DNA from: Patellaria atrata CBS 101060
Lineage: Eukaryota
Direction: 5' to 3'
NCBI GenBank assembly: GCA_010093705.1
Contig: MU006092.1
Coordinates: 192,623-256,622 of the forward strand
Length of the DNA stretch: 64,000 nucleotides
The notes under the pieces are model-generated. The model ran no database searches. It saw nothing but the letters and a program-made list of their open reading frames with translations, and was not told the DNA's origin. Positions 36,970-49,551 of the stretch are shown in pieces (within the stretch, counting starts at the first letter, position 1; every line of letters starts with the position of its first letter). The position numbers and the translations under genes are program-made.

Positions 36970-39900
36970 GCGGGCTTCAGGTGATCCCGCTTCCCCGTGA
37001 ACGCCAGGAGAGCGAAGCTTAACCTTATAACCAGTCCGTAATCTGGAAGAGATCGATATATTCGATAGGGAGAAAGGATTAAGGAAAATCTACACCGATA
37101 TGATTCAAGATCTAAGCAACGACCAGGCAACGGGGTGTTTGTTGTTGATCGTCTCCTTTTTTGTTCCAACAAAACGCTAGTTCCAGTTCTATCACCCCCG
37201 AGGTTTTGCCTTTTCTTTAAAGCTGAACTAAGTCAAATTGGACCTCTGGTGCTCGAAAGCAGTTGAAAGTGTGCAGACAACGTCTTCTATCAATCACTCG
37301 CATGGCTGATTTCACTTACAAGGTCATGCTGCAAGTCACCGAATACAGTTTTTCGTGCATCAGGCACCATCACGGCATTGGCTCTTTCATCGCTCCCCAG
37401 ATGTTATCGTGAGATTCCATAGAACTATCCGGCTTGCGAGAGTACATCCGAGAATTTCACTGGAGCCGTCCGTCTGGATAGAATAATAATGCCACGGGGA
37501 AATTGTGATCAGTCACAAAGGCCGAAGTCCTAGGTCCCTCCATATGGTTAATAGAACTAGGGTTATCGCAACGTTCTCGATCGTCTGACCCCGCTTAAAC
37601 TCAATATCGATATCAAGTAGTGATTCTGTCTCAGGCGTGCACCCTTGCGAACTGCTACAGACTGGTCTCTTTATATCCTATAACTTTTCTTCACCTCAGC
37701 TTGTCCTCTGAGCAGGGACCTCCTCAAGAAGTTAAGAGAAAAAGAGGTTGAGAACAAACCACCACTAAGGTAAAATGAGGTCATGCAGATCATGAACAGG
37801 CTTTGAGCTGTAGCGTCGCCATACGAGACAAATGGTCAAAACATCAAAAGATACCATCTCCGGGATCCCGGCACCAACAATCTCTTCGATAAACTTCGTC
37901 TTGACTCTTAAGAGGTGGGTCTGCGGGCTGGGCAAGCGGGCATTTTCCGTTGCGGTGGTGCGACAACGGGAACGAAGAAGCAAAACAATAAGAAAATAGC
38001 AAAATCCGGGGTAAAACTGGCTGACTGGGTGTGCTGATCCTTTGGATGACTCGCACTAAAATAATACCTAATACTATCGGCTGTTTGTACCACCTCAGTA
38101 ACTTTCTTAAACTACAACAATAATACGATCCACGCCAGATTCGCCAGTCAAAGACTAGTTCTTCAACGGAAACCCTCAGGCCTTGCCTAGTTATCCGACA
38201 GGAGGAGCACAAAGCATTGGCGCGCATCGCGGCTGTCTCTAAATATCAATTTCGAATTCATTCTCATCAATTTTAGCTTGCCCGGTTACAGTACATGCGT
38301 ATTGTCGCTCGCTAAAGATTTTGCCTCTTTCGGGCTCGGGGAGGCATATCTTACGGTTTGACTCGAGAGTGGTCTTATGTGGGGACGGATATCTGAAAAA
38401 CTTTGGCAACAGCAGCACCGGTAGCAGCAATAATCAAACGGCCAGCATCCACCAGGTAATCCGAAATCGGTGAATCGATGATTGAACAGAATTTCAAAAG
38501 TTCGTTTTCTGCATGTGAGCCGTACTGTACAGTGGACAGGCCCTTGCAACAGATGTGAGACAGGAAGACGCCAGAAGAATAATGCCCTGCAAGAAATGCG
38601 AGAAATGCACGCAATACTCTGGAACTAACTGAAAGAGTAGATGAAAAAGGGGGTCTGGAAGCGGTGGTGAGAATCCACGATAGCAGATTGGTAGTGCTGG
38701 GGGAAAAGGGCGTCGCATGGCGTGAACCTCAACTGAACCTGGTGAACGATGAGGGTGGCCAAAAGGCTTGTGGTTTGTCATTTGTCGGGAACTTGAGATG
38801 CGCTCTTCGAACTGTCTTGCAGAAAGGTCAGCCACATAGTCCAAGGTCCTCTTTGACCAAGCCGGCGGGTTCCCAGCAATCCCCCAGCAAAAGTCTTAAA
38901 GTCCTAGCACTCAACGCTCGAAGAAAAGCACCTAAGGGTAGACCAGATGCAAGAGGAGTTTAGCTGTAGATGGAGATATCAAGGCCAAGTGTCCAGGAGA
39001 AAGTCCTCCGGGGTATGAAAGTGTAGTCAAACTGCTGGGAAACGCCTCTTTTTGTCAAGGATTCTGTTTTGACATGCTTACACAAAGTTTGCGCTGCCCT
39101 AGTCCCCTTGCCTGCGATGTGATGTGATTTGATTTACCACAAAGAAGAACTGGAACTACTGTAGCTTAGAAAGAAAGTGGATACACCTGGATAACGATCC
39201 TGGTTATCCGTGGTGGTCCTTGCTGAATTATCCGCTGTATAGGAGTCCAGGGTATCAGGGCAATCTCCAACGCTTCTGCGCTAATCTTGAAGTGAATCTT
39301 CCCACCTCTTTCTTGCTACGGTATTATTTGCCCGACAACCTTGACCATTTTGTTAATAGCAGCAGAAAGGATAGGTACTCACTGAGAACCAACATTTTAA
39401 ATCTCTTGTGCTTGTTCTTTCACATGTGGGGTGGTTGATGCACCGTCGTAACCATCTCTTGTCCTTTTCTGTTTGTTCCCCCTCTCGAGTCTCTTTTATT
39501 ATTAGTGCTTGCCGAACACCAATCATCATTGTCAGGAAGGGTTACTCAATGTAGCAGGGAATCCTTTCAGATCTGCTGAGGATCTTTATAACCGCGAACC
39601 TCGACACAACGCTTAAAGGTTGTCTCCCAGCCCAGTAGTAGTTGACGCCCTGTGGCGGGGAGCGGGCAACATCGTCACCGCGAACAACTTCCACTTCCCA
39701 CCATTATTCACACAAATTGCTTGATATGTTAAAGTAGCAGCCTATACGCACTTATGAACCACAAGTGCAGTCACCGAACCTTCAATTTATCAGTGGCGCT
39801 AATCAAACCGACCATAACAGTAGTCGATCTTTACGATTGTTGAATGGTACCGAATACCTCTCCCTCCAATAACACCCTCTTCCCTTCCCTTCCCATAACA

Positions 39901-40371
39901 CCCCATGGGAACGCCTCCGTATATCCACGAATTTTCTCAGATGATGAGATGAGACGACTAACTAAGCGTCATTGCAGGGAACTAGATCTATCAGAGAGAT
40001 AGTACAATCATCTTTCCATCATTACTTCCGCGAGACACCACACCATCCCAACCGAACCTGAATCAACACCTCACCTGCCACACACTCTGAACTTCTCCAG
40101 CCACGCTTCGTCCGCCTTGTCCTCTTATCGATAATCGTACCTCACGCATCAGTCGATTGTAAACATACAAAACTCGTCACCTCAAAACGCGCTTTTTGAA
40201 CGACAGGCACCGTAACAGAATGAAACGGCCGCGACAAAAGCGACCTCGTTTGTGCTGAATCTCATCTATATATCTATGAGGGACACAAGCCTGTAGTAGG
40301 AGTAGGTTTGGTGGAGAAGTTGCGATTAGGGCGATCTCGACCAGATCGTGTGCATTTCAGAAAGACTCGAG

Positions 40372-43300
40372 ATGAATGCGTTAGAAGGTGAAAATAAGAA
40401 TGAAAGGTTGGACGACGCAACTCCCAGACGGAACTCTCCGTCATCCTCAGTCTGTTATCAGCATCATGATGATACAGATATCCAATCATTACCAGATATA
40501 AGACATAATATGTCCTCGAGCGAGAGTCAAGCCGACGATGAGAGACAGGTCGGCTACTCCATCACAGATGAAGAATCAGATAACACCCCTCGATCAGAGG
40601 TACCATCAATGCCGGATTTGAAGGGTTCGTCTGCGGATATGCATAGTGCGTGGAGTGAAAGGGACTACTTTGCACTTAGGCCGAGACGTCGGTTTCGAGA
40701 TTACCCGTCATCAGCTACAACCTCAACAGAATCATCTCCAACTCAGAGCTTGAACGCATCTACAGTTTCTGTCAATACTCTCCACGACAAACAACGTTCA
40801 ATTCCATCAGCGATATCCGTGGATCGCCATGAGCGTCCGACGGTGCAGAGAGATTTATCCAACACTTCTACAACAAGCAACGCTACAGTCAGAGTCCCTT
40901 CTTACTATCTTAGATCTTCACATTTCCCTACAAACGACTCGAAAGATCTGCCTAGTTTTCCAAACCAATCACATGCTGCACTTCAGAATCAAATTCATCC
41001 AACCACGTACAACAGCCAAAGTGCAAGATCTAAAAGTTCTCACGCTTCGCACTACGGCAGCAATACAGCAAGATCCGTCGCAACTTTAAACAATCCTTAC
41101 GAGACCGCAAGACACATCATGGATACTGGATCTAGAACAGCTGGTAACTCGCCTGCAAGCAGTCCCGGTCTTTTCAGTCCGGATGCTTCCCCAACTGCTC
41201 CTACTGGGGTTGACGGACAAGATGAACACGGTTTTTATTCCAGCCCATATCTCCATTTCACTCATAGGCAGGCGCCTAAAGAAACTCATGTCGCTGACGT
41301 CGACGTCGATCCTATATCTGGAAGGAAGATCATCAATCAGTACGAAGTCATCGATGAGCTAGGTCGTGGCGTACATGGGAAAGTCAAGCTTGGTAGAAAC
41401 CTTGAAAGTGGCAGATATGTTGCGATCAAGATTGTGGACCGTTACTCCAAGCGGCGTCGCCTCGGCAAGAACAGTAGTCACGAAGATAAGATCAAGCGAG
41501 AGATAGCCATACTCAAGAAAGCCCGACATCCAAATATCGTTAGTTTGCTGGAGGTTATTGACGACCCCCAAAAGAAGAAGGTGTACATCGTACTGGAGCA
41601 TGTCGAGCTGGGTGAGGTGCGTTGGCGTACGGAAGGTACTCCAGAAATTTGTTTAGTCGAGTACCGCCGCTATCAGAGAGAATCTCGAGGCTTCGTCGAT
41701 GATGAAACAGCAATCATTGAAGATGAACGTATCATCCGCAATGCACGAAAGAGGAGACAAAGAGATGAGCATAGGCAGAGGCTAAGGCATCTTCAGATGA
41801 GGCAATCCGGTAACACTGAAGCTTGGAGCTTGGAATATGCTAGTGATCCTGATGAAGATAACGAATTCTCCGAGACCTCTTCCAGACTGTCAACAGCCAC
41901 CATCAACAGTGAAAAGCTGCGAGCAATGATTCAAAACTCTAGCCCTCAATCTCAGGACACGTCAACTGAGGATAAGAGTGCAGAAACTGAGACAGTTGAA
42001 AGTCCTACAGAAGGGTCTGCCATGGACCACCATGTGTCGCCGTCATTACCGGAAAAAGATGACCTAGTATCTTCTCCAACTGGTCTTGAAGGCACAATGT
42101 ATGGTGCATATGAGTCGGAAACACCTCGTTATAGAACTCCTAGCCTTACTAGTAGCTTTTCTTCCCTTCGCCACGGAATGCGTGATGAGAACGTGGTTCC
42201 AGAACATTTCCGACATGTACCTCTTATGACGCTTTCTGCGGCCAGAGCTGCATTCAGAGATACTGTTCTGGGTCTCGAATATCTCCATTACCAAGGCGTG
42301 GTTCATCGCGACATCAAGCCAGCAAACTTGCTCCAGACAAGGGATCATCGCATCAAAATTTCCGACTTTGGTGTATCGTACCTTGGACGGCCCGGTGGAG
42401 AGAACAATGAAGATCAGTCGGAATCAGAGGCTCCTGGGGAGGATGAAGAGGTTGAGCTAGCTAAAACAGTGGGGACACCAGCATTCTATGCCCCAGAGCT
42501 TTGTCAGATCGATCCCGATGTTGATACAGGCCGGGTTGGCAAAGAGATAGACGTCTGGGCGCTAGGTGTCACTCTCTACTGTCTAGTGTTCGGACGTGTG
42601 CCTTTCCATGACAATAATACCTTTGTACTCATGAGGATGATAGCCGAAGATGACGTTTTCATTCCACGACATCGACTCAAAGCTGTGGACGAGCACTCCA
42701 ACTCCCGCCCGAGCTCCCATGGACGAGCCTTCCAACCTATGAGTAGTAGCAAACGCTCGAAGTATGATCTGGAGTATGAGGATATCGACGAAGACCTCTA
42801 TGATCTGCTCAAGAGACTGCTAATCAAGGATCAGCGGAAGAGAATCAAACTTATCGAAGTGAAACACCACCCATGGGTTGTCAGAGACATCGCCGACACG
42901 TCTGCTTGGATAGATGAGACGGACCCGTTGGCACAAACTCAAGGAAAGAAGATCAAGATCTCCCCCGAAGAAGTTGCAAATGCTGTTGTTGGTCTCAACT
43001 TAGTTGATAGAGTTAGGTCGGGAATAAGCAAACTAAGTAGAGCCATCAGTGGGATCGGAAAAGGCAGTGGAACAAGAAAACGCGCGAAGAGCTCAGCAAC
43101 GGATAATGGTTTATCTTCCACCGCATCTTCGAGCAGTACCATCAGTCAGGATGCCCGTCGCCCAAGCAGAATTGATGAGAGTCTATTTCCCGCTGCGCTG
43201 CGAGCATCTAGAGAACCTGAGCATCCACTCTCTCAAAGCGTCACTGCTAGCCCGGAGGCAAAAGATAAACCCCAATTCTTTATTGGTCCCTCGTCCAGAC

Positions 43301-44658
43301 CTTCATCTCCCGCATTGCCAGTCGATCCACGGAAAAGAAGGTCGATTGTGAGTACTCCAATGAGGCCAATACTTCCGGAACGAGCACAGTCGACATTGTC
43401 AACAGCGGGATCAGTGAAGACCATCAGGCAAAAAGACATTAATGCTAATTTGATGGAGTCCTCGCCGGCATTTTACCAGGGATTGCCAAGCACTCCTCTT
43501 GCCGTCGATACACCTGGAGGTTCTAACTTGGGAGGAATATTCGGCGGAGCAGGTCGCAAGATCATGAACTCAGTACGGTCGCGGGAAAGGAGCGCAAGCG
43601 CCTGTAAAGATACGGCTAGAACACCTTCAATCGACCCTCAAGGAAGCTACGACGGTCATGCAGAACCAAGCATCGCTGTGAGCAATGCGCTCGCAGCGGG
43701 TCATGTTGATCCTCCCGAACTTCTGAAGCAGTCTTCGAGCAGTTCTGATATGAGTCATAAATCTTCTCACTCACCTTTCGTAGCTGCCGCTGATATGCTC
43801 CATCCCCACGATGACATTCCGGTCTCTAGACATTCTTCTCTCTCCTCATCTTCCTCTAAACCACGCCGTTCAATCCTGCAAGCTGAGCAGTACCAGTACA
43901 GTCCTGGATTTTATGGCCACATCGGTGAGTCTCAAGATTCTTTAGACGTGAGGTTCAATCGGGCGAAGGATGAACTCCTTCGTAAACGTGCCCGAGAAGA
44001 AGACCATAGTCGACCATCAACAGCAACTTCGCAACGCCCAGAGAGTGCCCCTATTCCTGCTCTTTGTCCCCCAAGCCCCGATGATGAGGTATTCCGGAGG
44101 AAACAATTGAAAGCGCACCGTCCGAAGACATCTGATACTTACCAACCTAACGAAACATTTCTGATGGAATCACCCTGGATCGATGTGAAGGGAATTGTGA
44201 CTAGCTCTTCGGAAGATCAATTCTATTCTGGAACGTCGCAATCAACGTCTAATCCCTCGATCCCATCAATTTTCTCCGCGAATTCTCCAATTAAAACTCC
44301 AGAGGAGAAAATAATGCCCAGTGACAAGGTGGTTGCCAAACACTCGTCCGATGAAACTCTTAATCCGGCCAACCATTTTCATGACGATCATGCCTATGAC
44401 GGCGATCACCCAGATGAAGATACCGATTCTGATGAGGAGGACTTCCTCATCATGGCTCGGCATAGATCTGATGTACAGGGATTATCTAGGAGCAGAAGCG
44501 TTTCGAATGCTCAAGTAGCTCGACGACGTGAAACTGTCTCTTCCATAACCAAAACTCACCGTTCCGATAGCAACGGTACTTTGAAGAAGATCCGCAGCCA
44601 TAGCGATAGTGAAGAGAAGGGATACCGTAAGTCTATCGACAGTCCGCAAGCGGAGTGA
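40372..44658 (+). CDS. SAK1: CaMKK-family Ser/Thr kinase, SNF1-activating kinase type (Sak1/Tos3, S. pombe Ssp1)
   Basis: PKETH..DPISGRKIINQYEVIDELGRGVHGKVKLG, VAIK, HRDIKPANLL, DFG, TVGTPAFYAPE and DVWALGVTLY. There is a long charged insert within the kinase domain. The first ATG is at 40372, and an upstream exon is possible (TTTCAG ending at 40360). Confidence 0.92.
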   Translation: MNALEGENKNERLDDATPRRNSPSSSVCYQHHDDTDIQSLPDIRHNMSSSESQADDERQVGYSITDEESDNTPRSEVPSMPDLKGSSADMHSAWSERDYFALRPRRRFRDYPSSATTSTESSPTQSLNASTVSVNTLHDKQRSIPSAISVDRHERPTVQRDLSNTSTTSNATVRVPSYYLRSSHFPTNDSKDLPSFPNQSHAALQNQIHPTTYNSQSARSKSSHASHYGSNTARSVATLNNPYETARHIMDTGSRTAGNSPASSPGLFSPDASPTAPTGVDGQDEHGFYSSPYLHFTHRQAPKETHVADVDVDPISGRKIINQYEVIDELGRGVHGKVKLGRNLESGRYVAIKIVDRYSKRRRLGKNSSHEDKIKREIAILKKARHPNIVSLLEVIDDPQKKKVYIVLEHVELGEVRWRTEGTPEICLVEYRRYQRESRGFVDDETAIIEDERIIRNARKRRQRDEHRQRLRHLQMRQSGNTEAWSLEYASDPDEDNEFSETSSRLSTATINSEKLRAMIQNSSPQSQDTSTEDKSAETETVESPTEGSAMDHHVSPSLPEKDDLVSSPTGLEGTMYGAYESETPRYRTPSLTSSFSSLRHGMRDENVVPEHFRHVPLMTLSAARAAFRDTVLGLEYLHYQGVVHRDIKPANLLQTRDHRIKISDFGVSYLGRPGGENNEDQSESEAPGEDEEVELAKTVGTPAFYAPELCQIDPDVDTGRVGKEIDVWALGVTLYCLVFGRVPFHDNNTFVLMRMIAEDDVFIPRHRLKAVDEHSNSRPSSHGRAFQPMSSSKRSKYDLEYEDIDEDLYDLLKRLLIKDQRKRIKLIEVKHHPWVVRDIADTSAWIDETDPLAQTQGKKIKISPEEVANAVVGLNLVDRVRSGISKLSRAISGIGKGSGTRKRAKSSATDNGLSSTASSSSTISQDARRPSRIDESLFPAALRASREPEHPLSQSVTASPEAKDKPQFFIGPSSRPSSPALPVDPRKRRSIVSTPMRPILPERAQSTLSTAGSVKTIRQKDINANLMESSPAFYQGLPSTPLAVDTPGGSNLGGIFGGAGRKIMNSVRSRERSASACKDTARTPSIDPQGSYDGHAEPSIAVSNALAAGHVDPPELLKQSSSSSDMSHKSSHSPFVAAADMLHPHDDIPVSRHSSLSSSSSKPRRSILQAEQYQYSPGFYGHIGESQDSLDVRFNRAKDELLRKRAREEDHSRPSTATSQRPESAPIPALCPPSPDDEVFRRKQLKAHRPKTSDTYQPNETFLMESPWIDVKGIVTSSSEDQFYSGTSQSTSNPSIPSIFSANSPIKTPEEKIMPSDKVVAKHSSDETLNPANHFHDDHAYDGDHPDEDTDSDEEDFLIMARHRSDVQGLSRSRSVSNAQVARRRETVSSITKTHRSDSNGTLKKIRSHSDSEEKGYRKSIDSPQAE

Positions 44659-44719
44659 AAATGCTTCCATAATGAAATTGGCAACGAAAGGTTTCTCTGC
44701 CTGTCTGGCTTCTATCTCG

Positions 44720-44970
44720 AGGCCTTAAAAAAACTTGGTGGATATGTGCTTCTCCATTCCAAGCTCCAGATTCTACTTTCACCACTCAAATCAACAAAGC
44801 CTCGATGAATATCTCTTTATTCATCTTAGCTTCTCACTTTAATTTACAGCGAAACCGTGAAAAGTCCTGATGGACATATGCTTTTTCCATCCGGTCTACT
44901 CATTTCACTTTGCCAACAAGGCCTTAAAAGTTTGGTGGACACCTCTTTCCCATCCGAGCTCCTCATTTTA
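44720..44970. repeat. Three degenerate copies of a ~50-70-bp unit in the kinase 3' flank
   Basis: AGGCCTTAAAA..TTGGTGGA...TCCAT.CC.AGCTCC at 44720 and 44919, with a partial copy AAAAGTCCTGATGGACATATGCTTTTTCCATCCG at 44860. Confidence 0.65.
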
Positions 44971-47395
44971 GGGTTTCAGCGATGGCGTTTATTGGCGTAA
45001 GAGAAAAGGGATCTGTTTTTACTCTCATGCATTGGCGGTTATCTAGGAAGGTGTATCTCCTAAAACAACTTTTCCTATGCCTTTTGGAGTATGCCGGCTA
45101 TAGAAATTTCTCCCACTCTACATGTTTCCCCTTGCTTGTCACGGTTTCCTGAACGATTGCATCATCGTCATTGGGTAGGATGTTTACGACGACTAAGTTG
45201 ATGGGTGGCTCCCTTGTATTAATGTCTGCGTGCTGCTTTTGAGTTCCTGCATCAGTCCTTTTTTCGCTTCTGAAAAATATATCATGTAAGCCATTATGGT
45301 GGCTTGATGGCATTAGGGCTCTTATACACTTGAGGTCATGGATGACATCGGTGGATTTTTTTCTACAGAAATGATGTAGTCCAATATGCGGGGATGGACG
45401 CAATGATGGCATATCTTGCGGTCAGGGTGGTTGAAGATCGGGCTTAGGCATGCAGGTTAGGTGGTTGAGAAATGTGAAAACGATGAAACGCATATGTAGG
45501 ATTATATAGCACGGAAATGCAAACAAATTTCCCAAACTGCGTGGACCTAACTTCTTGGTGACGGGAGATGTGGATAGACGCACGATAATCCCTTCTCTCC
45601 CGTTTATGGTAGTCCCGGTTTATAGAGTTCTGTATGATCACTCTGAGATTGGTTTCAATCTAATACACAGAGTGTACCATCTCAAGAGTAATTGAAAGGG
45701 GTTCGATATTATCGCATTATTATATAGAGGCAAGGTCACAGAATTTTGCACAGAGACGCAAAACTCTCAGATGAACCAACCCCCTCATGATTTTAATCCC
45801 GGCGTACCTTACGATTGCATTTTCTAAGGCCTCTGGCATTACCGTACGGGCTGATCCAAGTTGTACGAACAAGCTGTAACTGTCCCAACACCTAGACCTT
45901 ATACTCTGGCTTGCTGTACCGTCGCTCTTAGAGAGGGCCCTACCCCTGCGTAGGCAGCGGATTGCACTGTATCAATGACTTTTAGCTCTATCGATGCTTG
46001 GATGATATATTTTAAGTGGAAAATAGTGAATATACTAGGAGTTAACTCCGTCATACATTATATAGTATGTAAATAGATAGTATCTGTATAGACAGTAGGC
46101 AATATATTCCCGCCATATAGAAAAATCTGAATCTTAGCGGGGCAGTAGAACAGACCTATAATGACCTAGGAGTGCAGAATCGTGATAATGGAGGAATCGA
46201 GCGTGTTGCGAAAGATACAAAATATGTATTACGTATCGGCTGTAGGCTCTGGTCGCATCTTCGGGAGGATGTTGTAATGTACATTGGTCGTCATACATAT
46301 ATATACACAGGAATTTCGAGCGCCCCGAAGGATCATTTTAGAAATCATATATCCAGTTAACTCCATCTAACCGCTTTACACTCCGGGCTCTTCTTTCTTC
46401 GTCCTCTGTCCAAATGTATACGCAATCCCACCGGCTACCAAATTTGCCGCACATAACGCCATCGTGGCACCCCGTATGATGCCTCTGGTACCAAATTTTG
46501 TAGTAATGGGCTAATTCGGTGAGGTCAGCATATCTTCAAGCTAGCCAAATATAAACTCAACAACAACCCAGACGCTCTTCACCACACTACAGCACGGCTT
46601 CCTATGCCTCCAACATATAGAACTTTGATGAAAGTTAACTCACAAAATGCCGCCTCCTAGCAAGAACGAAGTACAACCCACTCCACGCAGCCGATATGCC
46701 AGCCGCATCGGCCTTGTAGTCGCCAAGGTTCAGGTAGCTCGAGAAAAGCAAGACGGGCGGAACTAGCATGGGTAAGGGATGGAACGGGCGCGCATGTTGT
46801 GCGGTTATGAGAGTGGCGAGGAGGGTTGGCGCAAGTGGGTTCTCTATAGAACAAAATCAGTTAACTATCATGCCCTTGAACAGATGGAAGCTTTCGCGGG
46901 GAGGAGATAGATGTAGGGGGTCGAAATGGGGTGTTGGTGAATATAAAACATACCACCCCAAGCCTTGAGTGACTTGATAGTCACACCCTTCGCCTTCTCC
47001 TCCGTCTCCTTGCTGGCCATGTTAGATGTTGTATATTCACATCGAGAAATGACGAAACTCAATCAAGCTTGGGAGTTGAAGCAAGCTCCGAACCATCCCT
47101 ACCCGCGCGCCTTGGCAGGGTTCCAAGCAACGGGAAAAGTGGCTTCTGCATTTGTTTGCCGCAGCTGTACTAGATATCGCCGACACAACTACAAACATCC
47201 CCTACAGATCTCGCGGAATCCTAAATCTACTCTTCATACCGTCCTACACGCCTCCGTACCACATAAACAGAACCTCGAGATATCGTCCACACACGACGCC
47301 TATTCCATCCGCTGGGGTCCCCCCTAACCCCTCCGCCTACCTTCCGTTCCTCCCAATCTACCAGTCTCCGCTCCCAATTGAGTAGAAAATAAAGC

Positions 47396-48683
47396 ATGTC
47401 CGCAAAAGCCAGCGGCGCCGATGCACGGCCGAACGGCGATACCAAACACCGCGCCCACCACGATGGCAGCGCGGGTAGGTCCTTCACACCGGAGCAGAAG
47501 GCGGCCGTGATACGCATCAAGCGGTGCTCGCCGACGTCATTCTACGAGATTCTAGGTTTGGAGGAAGTCAAGTTGACTTGTAGCGAGGGCGAGATCAAGA
47601 AGGCATATAGGAAACTGAGTTTGTTGACGCATCCGGATAAAAATGGGTATGAAGGCGCGGACGAGGCTTTTAAGTGTGAGTTATCCCCGGGGAAAGGCTT
47701 ATTCCTTCGATGGGATGGAGATGGGGATTTCGCAGTTCCTCTATAGAGAAATGCTGTTCTATGAGATTTATTGCTCATTTGATATTGTGATAGTGGTCTC
47801 CCGTGCCTTCCAAGTCCTCTCCGATCCCGACAAGAAAGCCAAATTCGACAAATTCGGCGGCGACCCGGACAATCGTTTCGGTGGTGGTGCATCTGCCTCA
47901 ACCTCATCACCTTTCAGCAACTTCAGATCCCCTGGCGCCGGCGCAAGAGGTCCCATGTTCGAGGAGGAACTTACGCCCGAGGAGATGTTCAGACAGTTCT
48001 TCGGTGGTGGTTTAGGCGGCGGGTTCGGCGGTCCCTTTGGTAAATCCCCCCTTTCCCAATTCATATCCCAACCGGCCCTCTCATCCCTCACCTAATTTCC
48101 ACCCAAGCCTACCATCTCCCACAAAAAGCTCACCAGGGAAGCAACAGGCTTCGACACCGGCCCCGGCTTCGTCTTCAACCTTGGCGGCGGCCCCGGCATC
48201 CGCGTCCACCAATTCGGCGGCGGTCGTCCCCGCCGACGTCCCGCCTCCACCACTCCCCAACAACCCCCATCCGCAGCCTCCACACTATCCTCTCTCCTCC
48301 CGCTACTCCTCCTCTTCCTCCTCCCCCTCCTCTCCTCCCTCTTCTCCTCCCCCGACCCCTCGACCCCAAACATCCGCTTCGACCCCGTACCCCCTTACAC
48401 CCATCCCCGCACCTTCGGCGCCCACAAACTCCCCTACTACGTCAACCCCGCCGAGACGGAGGACATGAGCCCCCGGAAGTGGAGGGAGCTGGACAAGGCG
48501 GCCGAGCGGCGGTTCGTGAGCGGGTTGAGCCAGGAGTGCGCGCGTGAGGAGCAGCAGCAGCTACGAATGATGCAGGATGCGCAGGGCTGGTTTTTCGTCG
48601 ACGAGGGCTTGATGGAGAGGGCGAGGGGCATGGAACTCAGGGGCTGTAAGCGGTTGAGGGAGTTGGGCTACGTTATGAGGTGA
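47396..48683 (+). CDS. HLJ1: ER-membrane J-domain co-chaperone (Hlj1/DNAJB12-like, DUF1977-type C-terminus). Exons 47396-47675, 47794-48039 and 48148-48683.
   Basis: [24 protein letters not shown] (HPD motif), spliced to [11 protein letters not shown]. This is followed by a G/F region [16 protein letters not shown] and [20 protein letters not shown], a hydrophobic TM segment, and a Cys-containing lumenal tail. Confidence 0.92.
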
Positions 48684-49551
48684 TATCAGTTCGGTTAATG
48701 TGGATGAGGGCTGGAGAGTCGGTTCGTGTCATAATTTCATTTTGCGGTTGAGGTGGGCTGTGTATGCTGCCTGTGTGCTTTGTCCCTGGGCGCTAGAGTG
48801 CTGCGCTGGCGTTTTGGGGGTGGCTTTGGGTGTTGAGGGTAGATAGTATGGGTAGTTTGAGAATCTTGTAATTCATCCTCTAACCCCCCTCCTATTTTTT
48901 TTTATTTTTTTTTGGAGGCGCAGAATGGTGGATTGTGCGCAGGTGATGGTTAATGTCTATCTTTCTCTCGATATACTCCCATCTCATCCCTCAAACAATC
49001 CGCACCTACCATCAGAATGTCGTACGCTCGCTGTACTCGCCAACGTACATCGCTCGCATATTCATAAGCCGCTAAATCCTCATATTTCACGGCAGCCGTA
49101 CGTACGTCTGGTTTGTAGTATAGTAGATTCCTTCCATCCACGAAGTAGCCGAAGAGGCGAAAAGTACCGTGATAGCTCTAAGTTTGAGTTTGAGACTTAG
49201 TGTTAAGGAGTCTTGAGGCACAGGTACAGTGCAGTACAATACAGCACAGTACATACAGCATAGCTCAAACCCTAGTCAGTACAGCTACGATGCACATCTA
49301 CAGTACTGAGACGCTGTAATTCACGCAAGTACCTATATATCCGATCAACCCACCATATTCGACGAACCCAACTAGGAGACCAGAAACCCCAACATCAGCC
49401 CCCGAACACGAGGGCACCCGTCTATACGCAACTTCACCCGATCCTGTCCCCGAACGCCAGAATATGCAACCCATGTACGTGGAACATAAGTCGTCCTGAT
49501 CCAAAGCTCATATAGTGATGTACGTCCAGAAAGTATTCGCCCATACTCTCG

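Noticed and set aside
37557..37566. CTAGGGTTA and other telomere-like words as a telomerase RNA template
   Set aside because: No full TAACCCTAA template was seen, and the matches are at chance level.
41640..42210. ~190-aa charged insert inside the kinase domain, considered as a possible intein or intron
   Set aside because: It has no intein terminal motifs, the frame is open and low-complexity, and long inserts at this position are usual for fungal CaMKK-type kinases.
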